Assembly (NCBI GenBank): GCA_028534125.1
Contig: CM052817.1
Coordinates: 21,640,001 to 21,704,000 of the forward strand
DNA length: 64,000 nt
Origin: Lama glama
Lineage: Eukaryota
Reading direction: 5' to 3'
The position numbers and the translations under genes are program-made. Each line of letters starts with the position of its first letter. The stretch's first letter is position 1. Below the pieces are notes generated by a model that saw nothing but the letters and a program-made list of their open reading frames with translations, was not told the DNA's origin and made no database searches. Positions 12,582 through 25,200 of the stretch are shown one piece after another.

Positions 12582-12903
12582 TAGCAACCAATCTAGCAGA
12601 AAGAAAGGAGTTCCATGGAGTCGTACAAAATGAAAGACTTTTGCAGGCAGAAGGGAGCAGGAACAAGGAAGTTACACTAGACAGAAAGGCTGCTTGGTTA
12701 TTAGTATAAGGTCACTTTCCTTTAGGGTGTGGCAGGGATCTATCAGGAGGATTGCCTAACTACTTCTGACTATGCAATTCCTGATTGACTGGTTTAAGAT
12801 TCCATTTCTGAGAGAGACAAAACTGTAATTAAGTCTTAAGTTTGGTGATATGGAATTTAGCAAAAGCAACTTCCTTTTGGTCCTGTTGTCTGGTTTTTTA
12901 ACA
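12582..12903 (-). mobile_element. ERV1 LTR, MER34A-like (3' end eroded)
   Basis: Reverse complement of the LTR at 13836-14254. Ends 'ttttttaaca', which is the LTR 5' TGTTAAA. Two perfect shared blocks of 18 and 17 bp. Confidence 0.85.
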
Positions 12904-13811
12904 AAAGCTTACAATTGGGTCTTTTAGGAGGCAGGATAACATTTTTTATATTGAGACTAGGGAAACAAAATAGCTGCATATTTCTAGTCATTTAATGCCT
13001 TTCATTTTTTTCAACTTAACAAATACCTTCATTTGTTTTATTCAAAAGGCCAATTGATAACATGAGGATACTATAGTGGAATATTTTCTTATGACAAATG
13101 AAACTGACAAAAATATAAAAATTCAGGCGTGGAATGACAGAGCAAACAAGCTTAGAGAAAATATTTTCTTCATTCTTGGGTAAAGTAAATGCACACTACT
13201 CTCCAGAAATTGTCCACTCCCTTCATGCCCCATTTTGATTGGTCTCAGAGCCTAAAATAAAATTGTTTTGCATGGCATATTTGTCTTAAAGCTCAACATT
13301 TTTGCAAAGTCCTTTAGAAGCAATAGCCCAGCGGTATCTCGGATGATATCCAATAGATTAAAAAATAGAAGAGGACATTTCTGAAGCATTAGTGGTGCTA
13401 GTGAGGAGAATAGGGAAGCAGACAGTAGCAGAAACCCAGCGAGAGTAAAAAACAGATCAAAACTGAAGAGGATCCAAAGAAGTCAGTTTTGCATTGGTAC
13501 GTTTTTTTCCCCTTCCTTTTTTATGTCTTTGTACCAGTTTTAGTTTTCTCCGGACAGGTAACTTTTTTAACATTAAACAACTTACTCTATCTAAATGTCT
13601 CACTCCTTTAGCACTAATAGAAAGTGGAATTGAAATCTGTATGAAGAACTGAGCATGCCAGTGACCCTTAATACTTTGTATGTTGCCAGCAGGATATTAT
13701 GGAATATATTCGTAATGACATTTCATTGTTCATGTTAATTCATCTGATCTGAAAACCTAGAAGCTGGCTCTTATTAGAATTTTGGTCAATTTCTTGAGTC
13801 AATTAATCAGA

Positions 13812-14657
13812 GTTTTATTAGACAGGGTTCTCCAGTGTTAAAAATAAGACAACAGTCCCAAAATGGAGTCACTTATGGTAAGTTGCATGTCACTAAACTG
13901 AGATTTAACTTAATTACAGTTTTGGCTCTCCCAGAAATGGAATCTTAAATCAGTTAATCAGGGATTGCCTGATCAGCAGTAGCTAGGTAATCTGCCTGAT
14001 AGACCCCTGTCATCTCCTAAAGAAAAGTAACCTTGTAATAACCAACCTGTTTTGTGTGTGTGTGGGGGGGTGTTGTTTGTTTGTTTGTTTTGCCTAGTAT
14101 AACTTCTGTAACTTCTACCTGTAAAAGTCTTTCATTTGGTACAGCTCCTTGGAGCTCCTTTCTATCTGGCTAGACTGGACGCTGCCCAATTTGAATCAAT
14201 TTTTGCTCAAATAAACTAAAAAATTTTAACATGCCTCAGGTTTATTTTTTAATATCAGAGATATAGAACCAACAGATTATATATATTCAGAGACAGAGAG
14301 AGAATGAATGACTATGAGACTCTGAGACAGATTTATTTTAAGGGATTGGCTCATGTGATTGTGGGGGCTGGCAAGTCCAATATTTGTAGCACAGGTATGC
14401 AGATCAGGAGACTGGAAACTCAGGCAATATTTCAATTACAGAATTCTTTCTTCCTCAAGAAGCACCAACATTTGCCCTTAAAGGCCATAGCTGACTGGAT
14501 GAGGCCCACTCACATCATCACAGGTAATCTACTTAAATATGTTGTAAATGTTAAACTCAGCTACAAAATACCTTCACAGCAACACCTAGACTGGTGTTTG
14601 ATCAAATAACTGGGCACCACAGCTTTGTCAAGTTGACAAATAAAATTTACCATCACC
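13812..14657 (-). mobile_element. MLT2 (ERVL) LTR, split by a MER34-like LTR
   Basis: 'tattagacagggttctccag|...|agatatagaaccaacag...ggattggctcatgtgattgtgggggctggcaagtcc...caagttgacaaataaaatttaccatcac' matches antisense MLT2. Confidence 0.85.
13836..14254 (+). mobile_element. ERV1 solo LTR, MER34A-like
   Basis: 'tgttaaaa...caaaatggagtcacttatg...ctgcctgatagacccctg...ttttttaata' with a 4-bp TSD ccag/tcag (one mismatch). Confidence 0.85.
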
Positions 14658-14714
14658 TTGGTAGTTGGGCACTATTCTTAATAAAGTCCTACCAAGGACT
14701 TTTTACTAATCCAT

Positions 14715-15250
14715 TGACAAAGATTCTTTCCTTGACCAATTTCTAGTAAGGATCTTCTGAGAACTATTTGGATAGATTCAGCCTTGGCCTATAAAGATTT
14801 GGACAAAAGACTAATATAGTTTCTGACAACTCAAGGCTATATCCCTAAGATGATCCCAGGCTCCATCCAAGCGCCTGCTGGGGAAAACTCAAGGCTGCTC
14901 AGAGAACCTGCTTTTTCTAGCCAACTCCAAGGATAGGACCCCTGTCTCTCAGTCTCTGTGCAAGGGCAGGAACCTAACTTGATAAGCCCCAGTTAACAAA
15001 TCCACATGGGTGACACATGGAACAACCCCTCTTTCCCACTTTTGGTAATTTTCCACTTTCCTAAGTCTATTGAAACCCTGTTCACCCACTGCCTATTCCA
15101 TAATTCCCCCTTTAAAACTCACAGCCACCTCTGTACAAACTGAAGTTGAATTTAGTTCACCTTAGACTTTTTTTTTCCTATTGCAATAGCATATTACTGA
15201 TTAAAATCTGGCCTTGCCACTTTAGCTAGTGTCTGGCTTTATATTTGACT
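14715..15250 (+). mobile_element. ERV1 solo LTR, MER67-like
   Basis: 'tgacaaagattctttccttgacc...ccttggcctataaag...aaaactcaaggctgc...ctgattaaaatctg...tttgac'. Confidence 0.8.
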
Positions 15251-15889
15251 CACTTCTGTTTCTAATAAACAAAGAATCATTAAGAAATCAATAGCAAAAT
15301 AAGAAATGACTAAAAATTTACTTCTTTGAAGTCACCATGTGTCACCCTGATCATAAGTTTGAAATAAACAATATCTTTTGCAAATACAACAAGTTCCTCA
15401 AAGTTAAACCAAAGATGCCTTCTTTATTCAAAGTTTATTATTTTACTCACAAACAGTTCTGTCTTTATTTCACTGAATAATATTGTGCATACACTTTTAA
15501 TTCTCATTATAGAATATCTATCATCTTGTTTTTCCTCTTCACTATTCTAGTCTTACAAGGCTTGAGGCATAAGAAACAATGCACATCCTCTAACATAATA
15601 AAATTCAATTTCTTCCCCTGGTAGGAATCACTGCTCAACCTAATTCAATCCATACCATACGTACAATATGAATTCTACCTTTCATTTACAACTGCTCCTA
15701 GACTCATAACACACAGTACCAACCGCCTCTACCTGTCATTGCTCTGGACATTAATTTAGACCAAATATCCTTTAGAACTCTATTTATTGAAAAACACACT
15801 TTTATATCTTTACTTTTCTGATCAACTCTTGATTATATCCAGCCACATTTATTTTTAAGTAGAATATATAGCATATATGTTACTACTAA

Positions 15890-15922
15890 TAGATAAATAG
15901 ATAGATAGACAGACAGATAGAC
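15890..15922. repeat. (GATA)/(GACA) microsatellite
   Basis: 'agataaatagatagatagacagacagatagac'. Confidence 0.8.
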
Positions 15923-18900
15923 ATATATTTGTCAGTTTCTGACAAATTGCATGTCTATAATCAGAGGAAGTATGCTTGCCTGCATAAACGTCTATATATT
16001 GGGAAGAATGGAGGGTAGGAGTTAGAAATTCTGAAAGACTAAGCATATACCCAAAGACTGATGTGAAAAACATAACAGTGTTTTAAATTGAAAGATACTA
16101 AAATACTTTGAATTAAAGAGTTTACTTTTCAATCCTGCATATCACCATCTATTTTCCATCAATTGGATTAGGAGTGATAAAATAATATTAGAATTTTTAA
16201 ATAAAGGAATTTTTAAGCATGTTAGTTGTATTTAAATACATTGTATCTCTGCCACAAGAGTATAACAAGCTTTTTAAATCTACAATCTAAAAGGTCTTAA
16301 TTCATAAATCAGATACTTAATTCTCTCCCCTTCCCTATCCCACTAAGAAATTACTTTAAAGTATTTTAAAATAATTAAAACATGTTAATAATCAGAGATA
16401 CATTTGGCTGGAGTTATTCATAAACAAAAATATGCAAGTAAAAGAAAGCCTACATCTTTTCATTGTCATGATGTAAGATGTAGACAACCAGGCTCTGTTG
16501 TAAAACATTTTTGCTTTAGTTCAGTTAAATCTGGTTTTCCTTTCACTAGTAAAAAAAAATCTATTGTTTCTAATGAAAAGACAGGGAAAAGAATCAGACA
16601 TAAGTATTCTGTTTATTAAGCCACCAGAAAGGAAAGGAAAAGGACTGCCTCAGTCAGTGCTAATGTTTTCATATGACTAAGAATGTGAAACAAAAAGATT
16701 TTACAAAAGTCTCTTCCCATTTCTGTAATTATCTTCTTAAAGGTTGTTAATCACTTATTTTCAAGATAACTGAAATTCCTATGACCCAAAAAAAGGGTGG
16801 AAATTTAGCATAATTGCTGTTAAGTGTGTCATGAAACAGTAGCAAGTTTTATGGAAAGATTTAGGTTGAAAAACCAAGTTTTTAGTTTGCAAACTAAACA
16901 TCGGTGATTATGTCTCTTAGCTTGACAAGGCCCATATTTTTTTATCTCTGTAACAGAAGATGCTTAAACTATCAAATCCATAAAGTTTTCAGTAACTTGA
17001 AAATTCTATGATTTTCAACTCTTTCAAAGTAAGATTCAGGTTTGAAATGCTTTAATAGTTCTAAAAATTAGGCAAAATAATTATAATTATTAAAAAAAGT
17101 TTATCTGAAATGATTACCTTTTCTTGTTCATTATTATATTGATAACCTCACTTTTTATACTGTAATAATAATAATGATAATAACTTTATTTATTACAATG
17201 ATAACTTTAGCCATTAAAAAATGTTACCAACTAGACTCTAAGGGAATTCTAGTAAGATTAAAAACAATAATAATCATCATGTAACAACCAAAATTAGCAA
17301 TAATGAACATAAAGAGAATTTCTAAACTCCCAGGGGAGCTAAAAGAGATACCAGAATATTACACGCAAACAAAAAATCCAAAAATACTGTATGAACAAAT
17401 GAAAGTATGGGGAGAACACAATCAAGTATACAACAAGCCTAGTAAAACTACGATACGAAGAATAATATTGTTTCAAGCTGGACAGTGCTCGGTTTGTTTG
17501 TTTTTATATGTTTAGAAGTTTGACCACAAGAAAATAATGACAATATCTAATTTCTCTTTGGGACACTTAAAAAAATAAAACAAGGGGATTTATTTCCTGT
17601 TTTTGTTAGAACTTATATATGTTACCTGATGGATCAAGAAAATAGCTTTTATTTCCTGCTTTTCTACATTCTCCATCAATGTAATACACTGTAATAATTT
17701 TCCGATAAAAGGATGTCATATTTAAAACAACTCAGAACAACTGCCAACATGGATTCAGAAGCCAAAGATTATGTTCCACATACATGAACATCGTTCTTCG
17801 TTTTAGATAAGAGTTTTGGAACATATACATAACATGGGGGTAAATCAGAGCCTAGGAACATGTTCAGTAGGGCTCCTGGGTTCTTTCCTCAATCTTCAAA
17901 TTGGAGAAACATTCAATCAACAAGTAGAACACTTTCTACTTTACTTGACTGAGATGAACAGACAACTGCAAAAAGCAAGATTCATTCCTTCCTACTACAT
18001 AGCATACTTATTTAAAGAATAACATTTTCTTCATGACTTTGAACAAATTCAGCCTATTATATCAGAATGACCAAGTAAAAGGTTCTTCCTATTATCATGT
18101 TCATTTGAAAAAAAAAAGAAACTATGATCATTTGTGGAATCTTAATTGCAAAAATATAATCCTTATATATGAACTAAGTATGATAAATGATATTTAGTTT
18201 TAGCATCTCAGATGATCGTTAGATGTGAACTTTTGTACTTATAAGTGTCTAAGCCTATAAAAGTTTCTAAGAATTAATGACCATTATGAGAAAGCTAATT
18301 TTAATATACTCACATTCCTAAAATATGATTTATATTACAGCTAGAGAAGCTAGATTATCAGTTTATAAGTGATGTTATTAAATAGATATTTTATCTTCTG
18401 TTCAAGAAAAGTGTATTTGGTTAATCTAAGTCTTCTAGTGTAAACACAGTAATTTCATAATCCTAAAAAAAATAATTTAGGTTCTTCTGCTTTAGGTTTA
18501 ACGAATAAAAGAGTTACAGGTGTTTAACAATAATTTGCTTATAAGCAGAGAACTGCAAGAGATTCATGTTTTCCCTTCGTTCCTCAGCTACTGGTCTCTA
18601 GTCTCTTTTATGCGTATGGACAGTCCCTTTCTCCTATTGCCAGTAGCCTGGTTTCCTAGCACATTTTAATTTCATGGGCCAAATCAAGCAGTAGGTCATG
18701 AATCATAGATAGACTTGATGCTAGGGATGGGGCCAAGGCATAATTCTCAACCATTTTTCTCCTTCTTAATGTGGGGAAGTGTGTAAAATTGTAAAGATTC
18801 CTACATTTGATGCAGTAAACTTAGCCTCTCAGAAATTACACTGATGAAATGCTGATAAATAGGGTGATCAGCATGTTCACTGACTCCATAAATATTTATT

Positions 18901-20793
18901 GAACATCTCTTTGTGATACTGGTGATGAATTCAGAGATGAATAAAGTAGACAAAATCTCAGACATCATGAAACTCACATAGTTACTAGAAATGAGAATTT
19001 CATTAAAAAGGAGAACAAAGCATTTTTCCTATTCTTGAGAAGCTTAATTGATTAAAATAGGAGCTAAGAACCTGCTGATAGAAAGCAGTTGGGAAAAATA
19101 ACTAGGCAGTAGGTAATTAAGAAATAAGACATGTAATTACAAAGGTTATAGTTACAAACAACATAAGTACATGGAAAAACAGATCAGTATGTGTTCAAAG
19201 AGGTGGGAAAGACATTCTAGAATAGTAGAAACTGAGAAACAGTACAATACGTTTGGACTGACTTTAAACAAACAAAAATAAATAGCCAGGTATTTATTAG
19301 CATAAAGAATAACCTAAACAAAATAATGTAAAGGGAACCAATTTGGCACAAATAAAGAATTAACTAAGTGTCTCATTAGACTATGACAATTTTACACATT
19401 TAATTAGATGCATGAATATGAGGGACCAACACCAGATAATTAGCTTCCTTAGAGTTGAGAGCATATTCAATAAATAGCAACTAATTAATAACAAATAATG
19501 TGCTCTTCATTCCTATGGAAGTAACTTCTGTCTTGATTTTTTTCATGATGGCCCATCCTATTTTATAAAATGGCATTTCTTACAGTAAAGTGACTTACTG
19601 AATTTATTTTATATCTCTAAATTGAGTTCTCCCTTATTCTGGTTTGATGTTTGGTACTGTCAACATAAAAATGAACTGACTATCTTATCCTCCACAATGA
19701 TTACAGCTGAGCTTAGGAGAAATGAGGAAAGTGCAACAGTACAATTAGAGAAGTATGTAAATGTGGGAGCTAATTTTATGAGTTAATGATTTATTTTTGT
19801 AAAAGTTTTCACAGAAATAAATTTTCAATTTGAAAAGATCTGTCAGATGATAAATATCAAATTCCTATTCAGAAAATGTGATCCTCATGGAAATACGCTA
19901 GACTCGGGCTCTAAGCACTGTTTTGTGAATTATAGAAGTGGCTACAATTAGTACCTGTGCCATATGTTAATCTCCAGATGGTAACGAGCTTTGGAGCACA
20001 TTGTCTATATGTACTATATAAATAAACCTGTTTAATTTTGTCTAATACTCTTATTTCAATGTAACATAAGTTGAAAATATCTAGAAGAAACAAAGGTCTT
20101 GTCTCTATTAGATGCCATGGAATGGCCATGAGTAAATGAAGATCATTGAAGGGAGGAAAATAAATTACTATCATTAAATGAAGGTCAGAATGATTTGAGG
20201 AAAAAATAAGAAATTCAGAAATAAAAAGTCAGAAGGAAAGTTTAAGAGAAACTAACCATTATTTCCATTTTGTACCTTAACCAGAAACTTGATTAATAAA
20301 GAACAGATGTTGATGGTCATAGTTATTCTAAATAGCAAACGAGAAAAACATAGAAAAAATAATATTTATCTGTGTTAAAAGAAGGGGAAACACAGAAATA
20401 GCATATAAATGGTAACTTGAAATCAATTATGTGACTTTGGTGGCACAACAGATATTTATTAAAATATGTAAGTAAAGCACAAAATTTGTTTTGTATATTT
20501 GTTAATAATGCAATGATTTGATGAATGGATTGAATACTCAGGGTGAATATCATATTCCCAATTACAAAAGACAAAAATACTAGTAATACTGAAATGGTGT
20601 GAGGTATAGAAATAATATATGCAAAGCACCATCCAGAGTATGTGCTCTGAGTAGCACATAAATTAACAAATTAAAGGCCATTGATTCCTAAACAACTGTT
20701 TTGAAAGAATCTTACTATGCAATATAAAGCAACTATTATTATTATAATATCCATTTATGAAACAGTTCCTCTGTGGTGGATATTCCAATAGTC

Positions 20794-21258
20794 TGTGTTA
20801 ATTTCCTGTTGCCACTGCAAAAACATAATCACAAACTCATTATCTTACAATTTTACAGGTCAGACTTCCAAAAGGAGCTTTAAAGGGATAGAATCAAGGT
20901 ATTGGCAGTGCTGTGGTCTTTTTGGAGGCTCCAAAGAAGAATCTGTTTCTTTGTGTTTTCCAACTTTTGGATGTTACCCATATTCTTTGGTTCACGGTGC
21001 CTTCTTCCATCTTCAAAACACCTCCAGCCTTTCTTTCTTTGTCATATTTCTTTTTTCTCTGCTCTGATCTGCTCAGCTCCCTTTTATAATAACTCCTGTG
21101 ACTACATGGGATACCTGCATAATCCAAAATAATCTCCCCGTATCAAGATTCTTAATCACATCTGCAAATTCTCTGTGCCATGTAAAGTAATATATGAATA
21201 GATTCACGAGATTAGGATGCAGACATCTTTGGAAGAGCACCACTCTTTCTACCCCACA
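20794..21258 (-). mobile_element. MaLR LTR, MLT1C-like
   Basis: 'tgtgttaatttcc...ataatccaaaataatctcccc...cttaatcacatctgcaaa...gattaggatgcagacatctttgg...ccaca'. Confidence 0.85.
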
Positions 21259-21794
21259 GTTTTAAAAAAATACGTATTCTAATTACACACTCAAGAAAGT
21301 GAAGAAGCAGTTACTCTCCCTGTTTTACACATGGACAAATCTAGGCACAAATCTAACAAATGACAGTCTTCATCTCTCTCTTCTGTCTATCTACAATTCT
21401 ATCTTTCCCCTTGGAAATCCTGCTTCCAGCTTTCCTACTGGGATATTATTTCTTTGTAAGGAAGGAATATAATGAAAGATCCCACAGTGCAACCCTTCCC
21501 TTGGTTTTAAGGGTATGTTAGGATGATGACAACTAATGGCCAGTCTACTCTCGGAGTGCACAACTTAACAGATGCTCCCAGTGAAGCACGTACCAGCAGC
21601 AACCATCCACACAGGGACTTCCAGAGAATGACATTTGCTTTCTTTGCCAGTAACTTTCAAGTAAGTGCTCCTGGTAGCATTTTCTTAAGCTATGCTGTTT
21701 CTTGCATGTTCGCCCCAGACTCCTTTGTAGCAAAACAGTTTAAAGATACTGTTTCAATAACTACTCTGGAGTGTTGTTCAAAGAACAATTCCTG

Positions 21795-21813
21795 CTGGGC
21801 CCCCTGGTGGTGG
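21795..21813 (-). promoter_or_regulatory. Candidate CTCF binding site
   Basis: Minus strand reads CCACCACCAGGGGGCCCAG. The core CCACCAGGGGGCCC is one mismatch from CCACCAGGGGGCGC and lies in non-repetitive DNA. Confidence 0.65.
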
Positions 21814-22106
21814 CCACACAGCGACACGGCCCTTTCAAAAAACTTGTTCAGTGCCACCTAGATTATACACCATCTGACAGCACATCTCCAGTGAGCCTCG
21901 GGCTCCATTTGACTGACATTAAATGGAACTTACATAACTGTTAAAAGACTTTGGAGGTTGGGGTAAATGTTACAATTATTCCCCCATGACTTCCCCTTGC
22001 CACAACAGTGCACAAAAGTCATTACATAAAACAGGACTCAGGTTAGACTAGGCAGTTCCATGTTCCCTAAAATCAATGTTCCAATTAAACTCTTAAGAGT
22101 AGTGTG

Positions 22107-22270
22107 AATTGTATGTGTGTATGTATGTACACACACACACACGTATATATAAATAAAATATATTACAAGTACACACACATATACAAATGCATACACATAC
22201 ATGTATATTTGGCACACATTAATATATGTGTATACATATCAATATAGTACATGTATATTATATGAATATG
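22107..22270. repeat. Low-complexity (TA/CA/TG) simple repeat
   Basis: Alternating purine-pyrimidine runs 'gtatgtgtgtatgtatgtacacacacacacacgtatatat...'. Confidence 0.8.
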
Positions 22271-25200
22271 CACAAGTATGCATTAAGGGATAGATTCTTG
22301 CTTGACACCGTCGACCTCAACTGAAGGAAATCTAGCTTTGCCATCCTTGTAATTTACCTCAGTTGAGGAATTGCCCTCCCCAGGAACATCTTCCTGAGCC
22401 CTTCTCTCAGGGCTACAGACGTGCCCTGTACACAGCTCTATCCCTGAATTTGCTTAAAATTGTCTGCTTTAGTCAGTTGGCCTGACTTAAATTACACTCT
22501 CAGCAACTTGAGAAGACAGACCATACATTATTCATCTACATAATTCCTGAAACATGATAGAAGTTCAAAAATAACTGGCTGCCTTAGAGAGGCATTCAGT
22601 CATACAGTAGTTACCCCAGGTAAAGACAGACTGTGATGTGCACTGGAGAACTCAGTAAGGCATTTGGGCTTACCCCTTGACGTCACACCTTTACTAGTGA
22701 CAGACCCGTCAGCTAGGTGTTCAGTTTTCTGCATTTCCACTTACTGGTATCCACCTCTAGTCCCCATTTTCTGTTATCCTTTTGCATTATCTTCATATTA
22801 CTTGTGGCAGGCTAGGGCTGTTCATGTTTGGGGCTACAAACTGAAGAAGTTATTAGAAAAAAAAAACCAGAGGAATATTAGAAAGCAGTCCAGAAAATAT
22901 ATTAAGCGGACAATTTTTTCTAGTCCCTGTACAAAGATTTTTAAAAGGAATAACAAAACAACAAAAAAGCAAAATGAATGCAAACAGCTATGGAGGCAAG
23001 TAAGAAAACCAACCAGCCTAATTCTGCGTTCTTCCAATTTGGAGAAACTGCAACATAAGAACCACACTGGCCAAATTAGGCCTCACACAGATTCCATTAT
23101 GTAAGTTCACTGATTGCTTTGTTCAACCCACTTGAGGCACCAGAATCTTGGCCACAGTGTTAGTTTGGTTGATTAGTCAGGTAGCTTTCTTTAATAACAC
23201 CTCAAGGGGTTGTGGCTTTTGGCAAGAACAGAGCTAATTCCAGCTTAATTGCCACATAAAGTTTTCCCTAAAGCACAGAAGCCACTGACCTTATGCTGCT
23301 TCCTGTGACACACTTTTCAACATCCCTCCTGAGTGTAATGACATATCCTGGATTTGCTGTTTAACAGCTTAAGCCTACAGTAGATGATCTTGTCATCACT
23401 GTCATTTTACCTTTTCTGCAAAGAGGAAAAATGTTAGGAGTCTGTATCTCAGGGACCACTGAACCTGCATTTTGTTCTGTCTGAAACAACTTCCAGTAGC
23501 TGTCCTTTGTTTTTCACAGAATGGAGATTCTTAGCAGAAAGCAATTCAAACACTATCTCTTCTTCTCCAAAGTCTTCAAAATCCTCTCATCTTCATGTAG
23601 TCTCTCCTTCCTTCAAGTTGAAAAGAATTCCACATGTATCCTTTCATTAACAGTGTTCATTTTCCCCTCCCCATAAGCTTCTTAAAAAAAAAAGGTTTTA
23701 TACACCTTAAGAGTTTGCTATTGCATGACTGGATGACTATATTCTATTGATTCCTTATTCACACATCAAGACTATATTTCCCTAAATTGTTCTAAGAGTT
23801 GCATAATATATAAACGTCTTCATAGTACAGTACATGGTACCTACAAGCTCCCACGATATTTTGCAAGTTCAGTGAGACCACACATTATTTTTCGTATTAA
23901 TTTCAAGTTTTCAAAGAACATGGGAGGAAAGGTTAAAATTTTTCAAAAATATTTTTCCTTTCTACTAAAGAAAAGCATATAGAATTCCCAGAGATCCGGC
24001 CTTCCCTATATATCTTTCCAACCTCTAACAAACCCAGAATAGACTGGAACACCTCTGGTTGTGACTGGTTTTCCTGAACAAGCTTTTATCTGAAGGATCT
24101 TTCTGATCTGGCATGGCTAAGGTAGCCAAGTATTCTGTCAGAATGAAAGCATTCTTTTTCTGTTCAAAGGCAATTCCTTCGTAAGACATGTCATAAATGT
24201 ATTAATCATGATTCATTGTTTCAGATATATTGGCTTTTCTATCCTAAAACAACTCCTTATGATAGGAGAGAAATGAAATCAACAGAAGAGGGCTATATTT
24301 CAAATAATTGTTGGATGCAATTTCAAGCACTGAAGAGTTTACAGTATCTTCTCTATGTATCAATTTAAATAAAAATACACAAATTTAAATAAAAACAAGA
24401 TATTACGACCTAGAACAAGTATAAAAAGTGTAACAAAGTTCTACCCACTTGCTTCCTTACTGTGATTATTTCAAAACTTTCAAAAGTATGAAGTAGACAA
24501 TTATTTAAAATAACCTCTCCCCCGAAGAAGTGCTGTTTGCCTCTGCCAGTTGTGTTATCCAGCATTACTAAAATGGAGAGAAAAAAATGATAACAACTTC
24601 CTTTATTTCACAGTCTAATAAAGTCTGCCTTTGAATTAAATCTGAACTTGTGTTTGGCCATCCTCTAAATATAAAATAAAAACATCTAATTTTACCTCTC
24701 ATTTTACACAGCTCTCTGCTTTAAGATTGCCCTGCAAGCCTTCTTAGCTTGTACTTCCCACTCCCTTCTATCTCTTGTAGCATTGGCTTCTAGGGTTTGG
24801 AATGATTTTAGAAAAATATGCTGAGTGTCATACACTGTATTATGAAGGGTTTATATAATAGGGAATTCTTAGAACAAATGACTCCATAGTCTCAATGTTG
24901 ACTCTCATTCAAGATCTGTATGGCATATTGTATCTCAGAGTTTTGTCACTGAAAAAAAATTAGCTAGTTATAATGGTTAACTAAGATAATGGCTTGTAAG
25001 GCAGGACGTGGTGTATAACAATCGGATTTTGAACTCAAGCCCACCTGCCATAACATGATGCACATAACGTTCGTTCCACTTCTGAAACAGCCCTTCAGTA
25101 TTTTTGTCATGATCCTACTAAAGAATGTGGCAGCAAAACTATAAGCAGCCCTCGGTCCCAATCATACATTCTTATAAAAGATGGATTTTTTCCCACTGCT

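Noticed and set aside
21523..21861. 112-aa ORF with an internal CAA|GTAAGT donor at ~21661
   Set aside because: No recognisable protein and no convincing upstream acceptor. The segment is better explained as a CTCF-containing regulatory element.
22315..22368. Hairpin with cctcaactga/tcagttgagg arms (miRNA-like size)
   Set aside because: Only 10 perfect bp plus a gapped extension and a large loop; no extended lower stem.
22664..23104. 146-aa ORF, the longest gap-free ORF
   Set aside because: Non-ATG start, Lys/Asn-rich from A-rich DNA, no domain resemblance.
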